A DNA stretch of 64,000 nt, taken from Leucoraja erinacea (taxonomy: Eukaryota). The notes beneath the pieces were generated by a model that saw nothing but the letters and a program-made list of their open reading frames with translations, was not told the origin of the DNA and searched no databases. A program made the translations under genes and the position numbers. Location of the stretch: NCBI RefSeq assembly GCF_028641065.1, contig NC_073387.1:28830001-28894000 (forward strand), in the 5' to 3' direction. Each line of letters starts with the position of its first letter. The stretch's first letter is position 1. This document shows positions 1 to 10,162 of the stretch, piece after piece.

Positions 1-225
1 ATGGTCGAGAAATTGATTTAAATTTGGTGGCCTTGCACCCTGCTTGAAATGGAATTTCAAGTAATAGCCATGAGTCAATTGCCAGCCCACCAGCCGTGAG
101 TGAGCTGCCAGCAGATCAGGTTTGAGGGACTGAACTGGCCACCAATATTGGAATTGGTGGAGAGGTGGAATATTGCGTCAGGGGACCAGCCCTCCCGTGT
201 GAGCATGGGACCCAACTTAGTCTAG
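1..225 (+). mobile_element. 3' end of a non-autonomous Helitron-like element
   Basis: Ends GGGACCCAACTTAGTCTAG followed by T (CTAG|T terminus; hairpin only partly preserved). Positions 20-135 are the reverse complement of about 47035-47160, in the element that carries TCTATA-type 5' ends. Confidence 0.55.
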
Positions 226-784
226 TATTCTATATATATCTGACCATTTGTGTCTCTGCAAAATAAATTCGGAGTGGGGTTTATTAGATCAGCTACAAAT
301 AATTTGCTCATTTAAAAGTAAGTTAGCCAGAAATGAAAATATTGTATTGAGATATGATATTCGGACCATCTGTACAAGCTATAATAAACAGTAAGAACAC
401 TGAATTGATCTGTATGAAAATCAGCAAATAGCAATCATCTTGATCCCAATTAATCTAAAGTTGCTCTGGAAATTTCAAGGAAGATTCAAAATGATGTTTC
501 ATAGCCTCATTAAATGACATTAATTATTATTTTATTTGAATATTAAGCTTCATTTCAGCCCTTCAAAAGTCTTAATTTATGTCTGCAGGAACATATTTTT
601 TCAGGCTGGAGATTTAACTAGAATTTGGTTACCACTGCATTGACATTCTTACCAGTTCCCTACCGCTGTTACAAAACCGCTGTTACATTTGCACAATTAA
701 TATACATTGACAAAGTGTGGCTTGAATCAGCACAAAACCAGAAAGCAACGCATGTTTGAAATACTAACTCAAATTTACGGTAAT

Positions 785-1021
785 GGCCACTTGTCGACAC
801 TTGGCTCTCGTGGACATTTTTCATCATGTTGAAAAATCTTCACGATTCTTCCCGTGCTTACCTGCCGTTAGCGAGTCTTCCCGAGTACCTGCCGTTAGCG
901 CTAAGAGGCGTCCCTGAGCTTCGACGTACCCGCAAAGTTCATTCTCCATGCTTACCACGAGTTTGATTTTTTTAAAACTCGGGAGAGCTCTTGGAATGAA
1001 CTCGTACCGTGGGACAGGGCT
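785..1021. mobile_element. MITE fragment, GTGGGACAGGGC terminal-repeat family
   Basis: Ends GTGGGACAGGGCT like the TIRs at 14001-14013 and 29710-29723. Internal GGACATTTTTCATCATG resembles 13826-13841. Left TIR not seen. Confidence 0.55.
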
Positions 1022-1984
1022 ATTAGTTGCCTGTTGTCATCACTGCAGAAGCCAGTTTGCAAACAGCAACCATCTTTGGTAAATCAAGTTATCCTTTTTT
1101 ATTCTGATTGTTATTTGAGAAATTGTGACGCGTGAAATTTAGCTGTCATACTTCCGAGCTTATTAAAGTACTAAATTGTCTGTAAAATACTTCGGAACAT
1201 CAAGAAAATATATGTACGTTTTTGTTTTTCTTGATCTGCTTAAAATACACTTGATCTCAATTTTTTCATTGTTTGTAGCTAATTTTAACTGACAATACCT
1301 TTCTGAACCTAAATGAAATGAATAATGGAAAGATGAATTCAGGATGGCAGATGGTTAGAATAGGCTAACGAGAATAAATTTAATTCAAGAGCGCAGAAAG
1401 AGCACTAAAGAAAACATGAACATAATGTCGTAAAATCGAATTGAATTATGTTTACTGGAACAGTGTTGAGTTGTTATGACAATTGTTATATGCGGTATGT
1501 GGTATATACTTTAATATTAACATATTTTGGTATCCCTAATATTTGGTATCCCTGATCCTGAACTGAAAAGGAACAGAAATACAGTATTGACAATAAGATT
1601 TAGCTATGGATTGAACCGCCCAAAAATGTAATATTATTGAAAATTTATCATAACTCATTTTTGATTCTCTAATTTATATTCACTATGCATTGATTAAATC
1701 AAAACAATTACACCTAGTGTTAAATCAAAATTTTACTGTAGCAATGGAATTTATGGTTTTGTGGGCAGGTTTGTGGACAATATGAAGGTAAGTGGGGAAG
1801 CAGGTAGTGTTGAGGAGAACTTGAGGCAATCTGCAGAAGTATTTGGACAGAGTGAGAGAGTGGGCAAAAAAAAGAGAAATTGAATACTGGGTATCAAAGT
1901 GTACAGACATGCACTTTGGAAGATGGATTAAAGGCACAGACTAAGGAAGGTTGTGCTAGCAATGAAGTGGGTCGAGAAGAGCTG

Positions 1985-2235
1985 TCAAAGACCCTGGTTT
2001 GATCCTGGCTATGGGTGCTGTCTGTACAGAGTTTGTACATTCTGCCTGTGACTGCATGGGTTTTAGGTGGTGCTCCGCTTTCCTCCTACACTCTAAAGAC
2101 GTACAGGTTTGTAGGTTAATTGGCTTCGGTAAAATTGTAAATTGTCCCTATTGTGTAGGATAGTACAAGTGTACGGGGTGATTGCTGGTTGGTACAGACT
2201 CGGTGTTTCCGCGCTGTATCACTAGTTTATAAGTT
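1985..2235 (+). mobile_element. V-SINE (HE1-like)
   Basis: tRNA B-box-like GGTTTGATCC, then V-domain GGTGCTCCGCTTTCCTCCTACAC...GACGTACAGGTTTGTAGGTTAATTGGC. Confidence 0.8.
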
Positions 2236-2288
2236 TAAAGAGGTTTACGAGAATGATCTTGAGGATGATGTAGGAGGACCATTTGATG

Positions 2289-2374
2289 ACTCTGGGCCTG
2301 TACCAACTGAAGCCTGTACTCTGGGCCTGTACCAACTGAAGCCTGTACTCTGGGCCTGTACCAACTGAAGCTTG
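2289..2374 (+). repeat. 29-bp tandem repeat x3 inside CR1
   Basis: ACTCTGGGCCTGTACCAACTGAAGCCTGT at 2289, 2318 and 2347. Confidence 0.9.
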
Positions 2375-3299
2375 ACAGGATACAGGTGCATCTCATTGAA
2401 ACCTACTGAATAATGAAAGCCCCAGAGAGAATGGATGTGGAAAATATGTTTCCAGTCATTGGAGAGTCTAGGACTGGAGGGCACAGGCCCAGAATAAAAA
2501 GACGTACTTATAGAATGGAGATGAGAAGGAATGTCTTTAGCCAACGGCAGGGGAATCTGTGGAATTCATTGCCACAGATTGGTGCAGGTCATGGCATTTA
2601 CCATTTTTAAAGTAGAGATGGATAGGTTCTTGAATACGAAGGGCGTCAAAGGTTACGGGGAGAAGGCAGGAAAATGGGGTTGAGAGGGAGAAATAGATCA
2701 GCCATGATCAAATGGTGGTGCAGACTCGATTGTCCGAGTGGCCTAATTCTACTCTAACGTCTTATGAACTTATGAACTTATGAGTAATTGGCCTTTGCAT
2801 TTTTGCAATGTTTGCTCATCCAGAGTGACAGAGGCCACTAAATGGTATTCCCAAAGATATATTTTTCTTCCAGTGAATGTTTGATTTCAGCCTTGCAGCA
2901 TGACACTAGACAAGACACCATACTGTTTTTAATCACATTAACAGATACTGACAAGTCTGTTTATAGAACCTCATGTTAAAATGTTATAAATGAGAGAAAA
3001 ATGCATAAAAGAAATAACAGCACTCTGCACGAACAATTGGCAGCACTTTTGCTGCTATTTAGAGCTTTGCATAATTTGATTGAATCTCTAAAACAGTCAA
3101 ATGTTATCACACTCAAATACATCAATGCCAATTATATTTAATAAAATAATGCTTCCTAAGGTAAAACTTTCAAGTAGCATGGTCTTTTCTTATCTCTTCT
3201 GGATATTTGTTCATTAGCTAGAGCTAGGAATAAATGTTGCATCTCAGATTCCATCTGCTTTGCAAAGAGTCTTCGCAAATCACATTTAGATTGCCAGCT

Positions 3300-3532
3300 T
3301 TCGTTTAGTTTAGAGATACAACATAGAAACAGGCCCTTCGGCCCACCGATTCCATGCCAACCATCAATCACCCATACCTACAAACCTGCATATCTTTGGA
3401 AAGTGGGAGAAAACTGGAGCACCCAGAGAAACCCCATGCAGTCACAAGAAGAATGCACAGATAGCACCCTTAATCAGGATCAAACCCGTGTCTCTGGTGC
3501 TGTGAGGCAGCAGCTCTACTGCTGCACCATTG
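3300..3532 (-). mobile_element. V-SINE (HE1-like), internally deleted
   Basis: (TTTAG)n tail and GTGGGAGAAAACTGGAGCACCCAGAGAAACCCCATG (reverse V-domain). Confidence 0.75.
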
Positions 3533-4309
3533 TGTGCACCATTATCAGCCTCATATTTTGTTCATTCCAGAAGTTGATTGCGCCTCGTAACATGAGCAGA
3601 GCTACATGGTGATGACAAAATGGTGCTAACGTGCCACAGAAAAGATTTAACAATTTATCTGAACAATGCCAAAGATTTGTAAAATGACATTCAACCATTT
3701 TCCCAAAGCTCTATATACACCTTAATTATAGTAGATGCTGTAAGATGGAACTTTTCCTGTTTTTCTTTAATCTGTCAACCTGACTACTTGCCAACAAGAG
3801 ACATCACTTGATTGCATTGCAGGTCCTCACCATAAACACCCGACTTACATACAGCCAGTATATATGAGCGAGCATTTGGGAGACCAGCGGGATGGATGGG
3901 GATGGATTTCTCAGCTGCTGTAGGTCTGCAGGCATCTTCCACCCACCAGGAAAGGTGCATGTCCTCTCTCTCCACCACTCCTCAAGTCACAGCAATCAGG
4001 GTGTGGGGGCGCTGAGCAGCCTCTCTCGCTTACTGACTGAGGTCAGTAAGGTCGGCTAACGGCTGCCCTTCACGTATATGATCGCTCTCCCCTCACAGCT
4101 GCTTCTGTTCATTTCTGAATTTAAAACAATTCCGGTTACAAACAGTTCTCTAGACTGAATCCTTGTAGTAACCCAGGCACTTCCTGTCATTTTATTTGTG
4201 ACTTATCACCTTCTCTCAAATAATAAAACTTTGTAATAACAAAGATTCTATGTGTGCTGCATCCAAGCAGAGACTGGAGACGCATGTTTAGAGAGAAAAT
4301 AAGATTATT

Positions 4310-5102
4310 AAGCAAGTTGGGAGAGTGGGCAAAGAAGTGGCAAATGTAATACAGCATAGCAAAGTGTACAGTAATGCTCTTTGGTAGAAGGAATAAAAAC
4401 ATAGTTTACTTTCTAAATGGGGAGAGGTTTGAAAAAGAGGTGCAAAGGGAGTTGGAAGGTAGATATTGTGGTGCAGGATTCCCAAAAGGTTAATTTGTAG
4501 GTCCAGTCGGTAGTAAGGAAGGCAAATGCAATCTTAGCATTTATTTCGAGAGGACTAAAATATAAAAGTAAGATGTAATGCTGAGGCTTTATAAGGCACA
4601 TTTCAGACCGCATTTGGAAAATTGTGAGCAGTTTTTGGCTCCATATCCGAGGAAGGATGTGCTGAGGACACATGAGGTCCAGGAGAGGTTTAGGAGAATT
4701 ACCCTGGGGTTGATTGGGTTAACATATAAGGAGCATTTGATGGCTCTGAGATTTTACGCACTTGAGCTTAGATGATGAGGGGATCTCATTGAAACATACC
4801 CAATAATGAAAGACCTAGATAGAGTGGATATGGAGAGAATGTTTGCAGTAGTGGAAGAGTTTAAGACTAGAGGGAATTGCCTCAGAATAAAAGGATGGAC
4901 CTTTAGAGTGGAGGCCAAGTCATTGGTTATTTTTAAAGTGAAGATTAATAGGTTCTTGATTAGTAAGGGTATTAAAAAGTACAGGGAGAAGGCAGGAGAA
5001 AGAGGGTGAGAGGGAAAATGAGATCAACTATGATCAAATAGTGGAGCAGACTCGAGGGGCTGAATGGCCCAATTCTGCTTCTATGCCTTATAGTCTTATG
5101 GT
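4310..5102 (+). mobile_element. CR1 LINE 3' fragment
   Basis: LRLYKAHFRPHLENCEQFLAPY and DRVDMERMF...RGNCLRIKG are CR1 ORF2 C-terminal motifs, followed by 3' UTR. Confidence 0.85.
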
Positions 5103-5349
5103 TATATTAATTTCAAATCATGGAGACACAAGAGATTGCACATGTGGGGATCCTAAGTAAAATGAAACCTGCTGGAGAAACTCAATGGGTCAAGCAGCAT
5201 CTGTGGAGGGAAGTGGAGAGATGACGTTGCAGTGCATGGTTTATTTTGGCATTTTGTTTTCTGATCAAAGTTCCATTGCATGGTGCTCTCATTGGCTTCT
5301 TGCTCTTCTCTCAACTTATGCCTTTCAGGAATGTGTGGCTGCTCACAAC

Positions 5350-5717
5350 AAATCACAATCACAATAATACTTTATTAGCCAAGTATGTTTTGCAACATAC
5401 CAGGAATTTCATTTGCCAACTCAGTCATACGAATAAAAAGCATCAGAACACACAAAACACATTTTAACATAAACATCCACCACAGATACTCCTCCACATT
5501 CCTCACTGTGCTGGAAGGCAAACAAAAGTTAAATCTCTTCCCTTTGCACTACCATGGTCGGGGGCCTCGAGCCCTCCGTTGACTCCCATAGCCGGAGGCA
5601 TTTTGGGCCCTCCGCATTGGGATGATCAGCTTCTGCATCTGGGGGATGTTAGCTCCCCCGCACCGGGTGATCGGACCCCTCGTCGGCGCTGTTCGAGCCT
5701 CTGCGCCGTTGGAGCCA
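5350..5717 (-). mobile_element. Non-autonomous retroposon with Rex-type tail and CCACCACAG hairpin
   Basis: (ATTGTG)n tail and AATAAA on the minus strand. Hairpin shared with 23052-23080, 49263-49303 and 58190-58218. Confidence 0.55.
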
Positions 5718-6258
5718 TCTGTCTCCTCAGATTCAGGTGAACTTCTACCGCTGCACCATCGAGAGCATCCTTACCAACTGTATCACAGTATGGTATGGCA
5801 ACTGCTCTGTCTCCGACTGGAAAGCACCGCAGAGGGTGGTGAAAATTGCCCAACGCATCACCGGTTCCTCACTCCCCTCCATTGAGTCTGTCCAAAGCAA
5901 GCGATGTCTGCGAAGGGCGCGCAGCATCGTCAAGGACTGCTCTCACCCCAGCCACAGTCTGTTTACCCTCCTACCATCCGGGAGGCGCTACAGGTCGCTC
6001 CGTTGCCGGACCAGCAGGTCCAGGAACAGCTTCTTCCCTGCGGCTGTTACATTACTTAACTCTGTACCTCGGTGATTGCCAGCCCCCCCCCGGACACTCC
6101 TTTGCCCAGGAAAATTGCACTACTATGTATGTACGTATATATATTTATTGCTCATATTCTATGTTCGCTCTTCTGGGAAGATGCTAACTGCATTTTGTTG
6201 TCTCTGTACTGTACACTGCACAATGACAATAAAGTTTGAATCTGAATCTGTATCTGAC
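5718..6258 (+). mobile_element. Rex1/Babar LINE 3' fragment
   Basis: NFYRCTIESILTNCITVWYG...LLPSGRRYRS...SFFPAAV (Rex/Babar ORF2 C-terminus), then AATAAA and (TGAATC)n tail. Confidence 0.85.
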
Positions 6259-7176
6259 TAGCCTCTCCTGACCGCGAGCTCTTGATGGTAAGTCCGCAGG
6301 CCAAGTTTGGAGTGATCCCAGACAAGGGATTGACTCCGATGTTAAGTCCACGCCCTGCGGTGGGGCCCTAACAATTCTGCCAGTCCATTGCATCAGGAGG
6401 ACCCGGCACATGGAAGATTACCATAATCTCACCTCCGCTTGTTCATCTCCATGGCAGCCGCTACTGAACTGGCAATGAGAAAGATCCTTCAACATTGATT
6501 CACTTCGTTTTGGAAATAATGGAATAAGGATCCCAGCAGGAACCACACAGGTCTTATGTGAGTGCATGGAAATAGGTGCAAAAAATGCCAGTTTAGTGTA
6601 GGTAATCATGATATGATCTGATTTCTAAGCAATTGATTAATTGTAGTTGACGTTTCCACACACTGGTTTATTCTCCTCACATATCTGCTTTATCAAAAGA
6701 GAGTTCTTGCCCATCATTCTCTTTCAAGGTAAATTAAAAAATATTCTGAGATACTTGAGGCCCCAGCATCAAACCCTTTCGGTTACTGAAAGTTACCACT
6801 GCCTAGGTTTGATCATTTTCAGTCACAATCACTTCCCAAGATGTTACCTTGTAAGCTTGCAAATTCCAAAGCAACTTGTAAGAAATATTTAATTTAATGT
6901 TCATGGACAGTGTACTGGCTTCCAGACTGAAGCTTTGAGCCTAGGTTGTCACTGAGCAAATACTTCCCCTCAACTTCCCCCAGGTATATGTCAAACCCTG
7001 TTGCATTATCTAATAATTTCCTACTGTACTACAGTAACATAATTTATTCTGGAGCTGCATAGTATTAATGTATGTTTTCCTTAATCCATGCACCAGTTAC
7101 ATTTTTATTCATCTTAAAATCTTCTTACAAATGTTCTATTTATCATGTGTTAATTCCCAAATAAATAAGATTGCTT

Positions 7177-7403
7177 GGTTACACAAAAAAGCTGGAGAAA
7201 CTCAGCGGGTGCAGCAGCATCTATGGAGCGAAGGAAATAGGCAACGTTTCGGGCCGAAACCCTTCTTCAGACTGAAGAAGGGTTTCGGCCCGAAACGTTG
7301 CCTATTTCCTTCGCTCTATAGATGCTGCTGCACCCGCTGAGTTTCTCCAGCTTTTTTGTGTAACCTTCGATTCTCCAGCATCTGCAGTTCCCTCTTAAAC
7401 AAA
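7177..7403. mobile_element. Penelope-like element terminal remnant forming a 189-bp palindrome
   Basis: 7177-7270 and 7272-7365 are 94-bp inverted arms with one mismatch. Flanked by the 15-bp direct repeat AAATAAGATTGCTTG (7163-7177, 7404-7418). Same sequence as the 3' UTR of the PLE at 14443-15405. Confidence 0.85.
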
Positions 7404-8145
7404 AAATAAGATTGCTTGTTGACCTGTAACCAACTCCACAAAAAGATTATATATAATAAATGACAAATTGATTGCGAATCATTTTATCCTGTGCTGTCAA
7501 ATCTAAGCAATACATTAAAAAAAAAATCAACATCTATAGTAGATCAAAATAGGTGTCTGCATCTATAAAACGTATTGCAAAATGCACTGAAAGAACTGAG
7601 AAAAGATTTCTTGGAGAATGGATATGGATGGTCAGCTTTGTATTGTAACCACTTAATGCCAACAACCAATACACAATGCAGGAATCAGGACACATCACCT
7701 TACTAAATCTAGATAATGTTCAACTAATAGTGATTGGAATTGAATGTCAGCATAGCATTGGATGAGTGATCACTCAACCAACATAACAAAGTACATCGTT
7801 GACACCATCATTCACTCCAAGGCTCTTGCCACATGGCTTTATTTGAAGAGACTAAAAAAAGCATCAGCTTCTTTACAATTTATGTAGAGGAGTCTTTTCA
7901 AAGAAAGCAGTGGCGTGAAATTTGTTCAGAACACAAGTCATGAAACTGAAGTTACTGCTGATTGAAAACAGGAGAGAACTTTAATGCTTCGTGTAACTTT
8001 AGTTATATTGATTCAGTTGTCCGTTATATATCTTACTGGATTTCATTAATTATTGACATTATGGAAATGAAAGTTGAGAGAGTTGTCTAAGTCAATATCA
8101 ATCTCAGATAGAACCCAAAGGCAAACCAGTATGGTTGTTTCAACG

Positions 8146-8240
8146 TCTGAAGAAGGGTCTCGACCCGAAATGTCACCCATTCCTTCTCTCCAGAGATGCT
8201 GCCTGTCCCGCTGAGTTACTACAGCTTTTTGTGTCTATCT
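8146..8240 (+). mobile_element. PLE terminal fragment with hammerhead-like motif
   Basis: CTGAAGAAGGGTCTCGACCCGAAATGTC..., flanked by a GTTGTTTCAAC direct repeat. Confidence 0.7.
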
Positions 8241-8751
8241 ATAGTTGTTTCAACATTGTATTTATGTTTTTAGAGCGATTACACTGATGGCAATTACTCA
8301 TGAACATTGATCAAAGGTCACAATCAAGATGTCATGCTACTGAAAGCAGTACTTTGGGTTCAGATCCATCGGGGTAAGCAATATATCATTTTCATGGTCA
8401 AAAAAGGTAAACTGAGATCTCTGTTGGTAACAAACTAACAAAAAATTTACACCGATGAAATATAACACTATTTTGCTACTTGGTTGGATCACATAAGGTT
8501 AGAAAGTCTCGTTGTTTTTTTATGTTAATCAGAGTTCAAATTGCTTATGAATGATCCCCGGAGAATATGTTCAACAAAGAAAAATACAAGCTTCTGAAAA
8601 ATATAAATAAAAACTGAAAATCTTACAATTTATCTTGCTCCATTTTGTCAACATATTCAAAGGAGTAAAAAATTATGGTTTTCTTGCTTGTTATGGCTTA
8701 TTTGTCAGCTATATCTGTTTTTGTACCTTTTTCATCAACATATGGAGCATA

Positions 8752-8827
8752 ATTTTACTTCGGAGTCACGTGAGTGACTACGTGAAGAACCCACCCAGTG
8801 CGCAGGCGCGGCATTACGTCAGCAGCG
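8752..8827 (+). repeat. DIRS left terminal repeat
   Basis: 8752-8788 is complementary to ICR 13232-13268. 8779-8827 is inverted relative to 13446-13495. Confidence 0.9.
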
Positions 8828-8935
8828 CAACAGCGGCAGCAGCTGGAGCCAGGCTCTCCAGCGGCAGGATAAAGACAAGACCTCAGGTAAGTGAGTCTTT
8901 TGTGTTACAGAGAGTCGCTAACGGACGAAAAAGCT

Positions 8936-10162
8936 ATGGCTACCCGAAAGCGACCAACAAAGAGGACTGCCTGTCCAACTCCACCCGAGGAGGGGTCAAT
9001 ATCTGGGCGGCAGCCACCAGCGGCGGAGGAGCTGTTTGAACGCTCCCGCACACCCGACGCCGAGCCGCTCCCTGTGCCGCCGATTGCGACGCCCCGCACA
9101 GGGAGAAAATCAACCCGGAAAACAAACCGGCCGGTGGCCTCCGACTCGTCGGAGGAACGGGAACACTCTCCACCGGCGAAACGGGGAGACGGCCACTTAA
9201 GCTGCATGAGGCAGCTGCTCGAGCAGATGCTCGACGAGGAGATGCAGGCAAGGCATCTCCAAGGAGGACGGGCTATGGCCTCCTCCAAACCATCACCACA
9301 CCCTTCTGTTCCCTCCTTGTTTGAGGTCAGTAAGGGAGGCCAGGACTGGGCTGGCCTATCACAAGGGCAGGCGGACGACAGTGCAAGCATGCCAGGCGAG
9401 CTGGAGGAAGAAGAGCTACTGGGTGTAGTCAGCAGGTATGCGGCGCCCCCGAGGACCGGAATGATGCTAGCGCCAAGAATGGCGGCCAGTATCAACAGGC
9501 TCTCCAATAAGCCATTGCAGGAGAAAGTCATTCAAGAGGCCCTCGACACTTACACAGCGCCGGAAAACTGCGAAGCACTGCGAGTAAAGACCGTAAACGG
9601 CCAGATATGGAGCCAGCTGGGGCAGCATATCAGGACACAAGAGCTGAAGATGCAGCGTATCCTGAAGCTCCACACCGCAGCCATTACCGCCTTTGCTCGG
9701 TCCACGGGGAACGCAGAGCTCTCTACACCTCAGCAGGATGTGCTGGCCCTAATGTGCAACACACAGTATGAGCTCAACAACCTAAGGTGTGAAAACATCA
9801 GGCCTGCCCTCAACCCCAAATACGCGGGCCTCTGCAAAGCTCCGGCGCCAGAAAAGGAGGCGCTACTATTCGGGGCCGACTTGGCAAAAAGGCTCAAGGA
9901 ACTGGAAGAGGCGGCCAAACCTGTAGGCCTCATGAGGGCAGGGCCAGGACCGAGCAGGGTGAAGACACCCAGTTGGCAGCACGCCTCGGCATCCACCAGC
10001 AGGTACCGAGCTGATGAAAGCCTGGTGACCGCTTCCCACTACCCCCAGAGCTCTTTTTTAGAGCGGGGCCCAGAGCGGAGCCGTGGGAAGATACGCCGCC
10101 CCACCACAGCACCAACAAGGACACCCTCGGGCCAAACCCATCGCAAACGCTCCCAGAAATGA
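8936..10162 (+). CDS. gag: DIRS ORF1, gag-like protein (408 aa from first ATG)
   Basis: Uninterrupted ORF with a low-complexity N-terminus, then PENCEAL..VNGQIW..ELNNLRCENIRPAL..LLFGADL resembling DIRS1 gag. Stop overlaps the pol start (ATGA at 10159-10162). Confidence 0.85.
   Translation: MATRKRPTKRTACPTPPEEGSISGRQPPAAEELFERSRTPDAEPLPVPPIATPRTGRKSTRKTNRPVASDSSEEREHSPPAKRGDGHLSCMRQLLEQMLDEEMQARHLQGGRAMASSKPSPHPSVPSLFEVSKGGQDWAGLSQGQADDSASMPGELEEEELLGVVSRYAAPPRTGMMLAPRMAASINRLSNKPLQEKVIQEALDTYTAPENCEALRVKTVNGQIWSQLGQHIRTQELKMQRILKLHTAAITAFARSTGNAELSTPQQDVLALMCNTQYELNNLRCENIRPALNPKYAGLCKAPAPEKEALLFGADLAKRLKELEEAAKPVGLMRAGPGPSRVKTPSWQHASASTSRYRADESLVTASHYPQSSFLERGPERSRGKIRRPTTAPTRTPSGQTHRKRSQK

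Larger units (their letters stand above)
1790..2782 (+). mobile_element. Degenerate CR1 LINE 3' portion interrupted by a V-SINE
   Basis: ORF remnant ENMFPVIGESRTGGHRPRIK...GNLWNSLPQ matches the CR1 ORF2 C-terminus. 3' UTR and (CTTATGAA)n tail present. Confidence 0.8.

Noticed and set aside
2289-2374. 29-bp repeats resembling a CRISPR array (also the 31-bp units at 47640-47785)
   Set aside because: Head-to-tail with no spacers, eukaryotic context and no cas genes.
6433-6452. MEMNKR resembling the ANP32 N-terminus
   Set aside because: No continuation into IHLELRN; similarity too short.
8887-8910. Acceptor TTTTGTGTTACAG just after DIRS donor D1
   Set aside because: A 24-nt intron is too short for the spliceosome; it could only pair with an upstream donor.
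8905-9531. 208-aa antisense ORF over DIRS gag
   Set aside because: Shadow ORF of GC-rich coding sequence; no recognisable domain.
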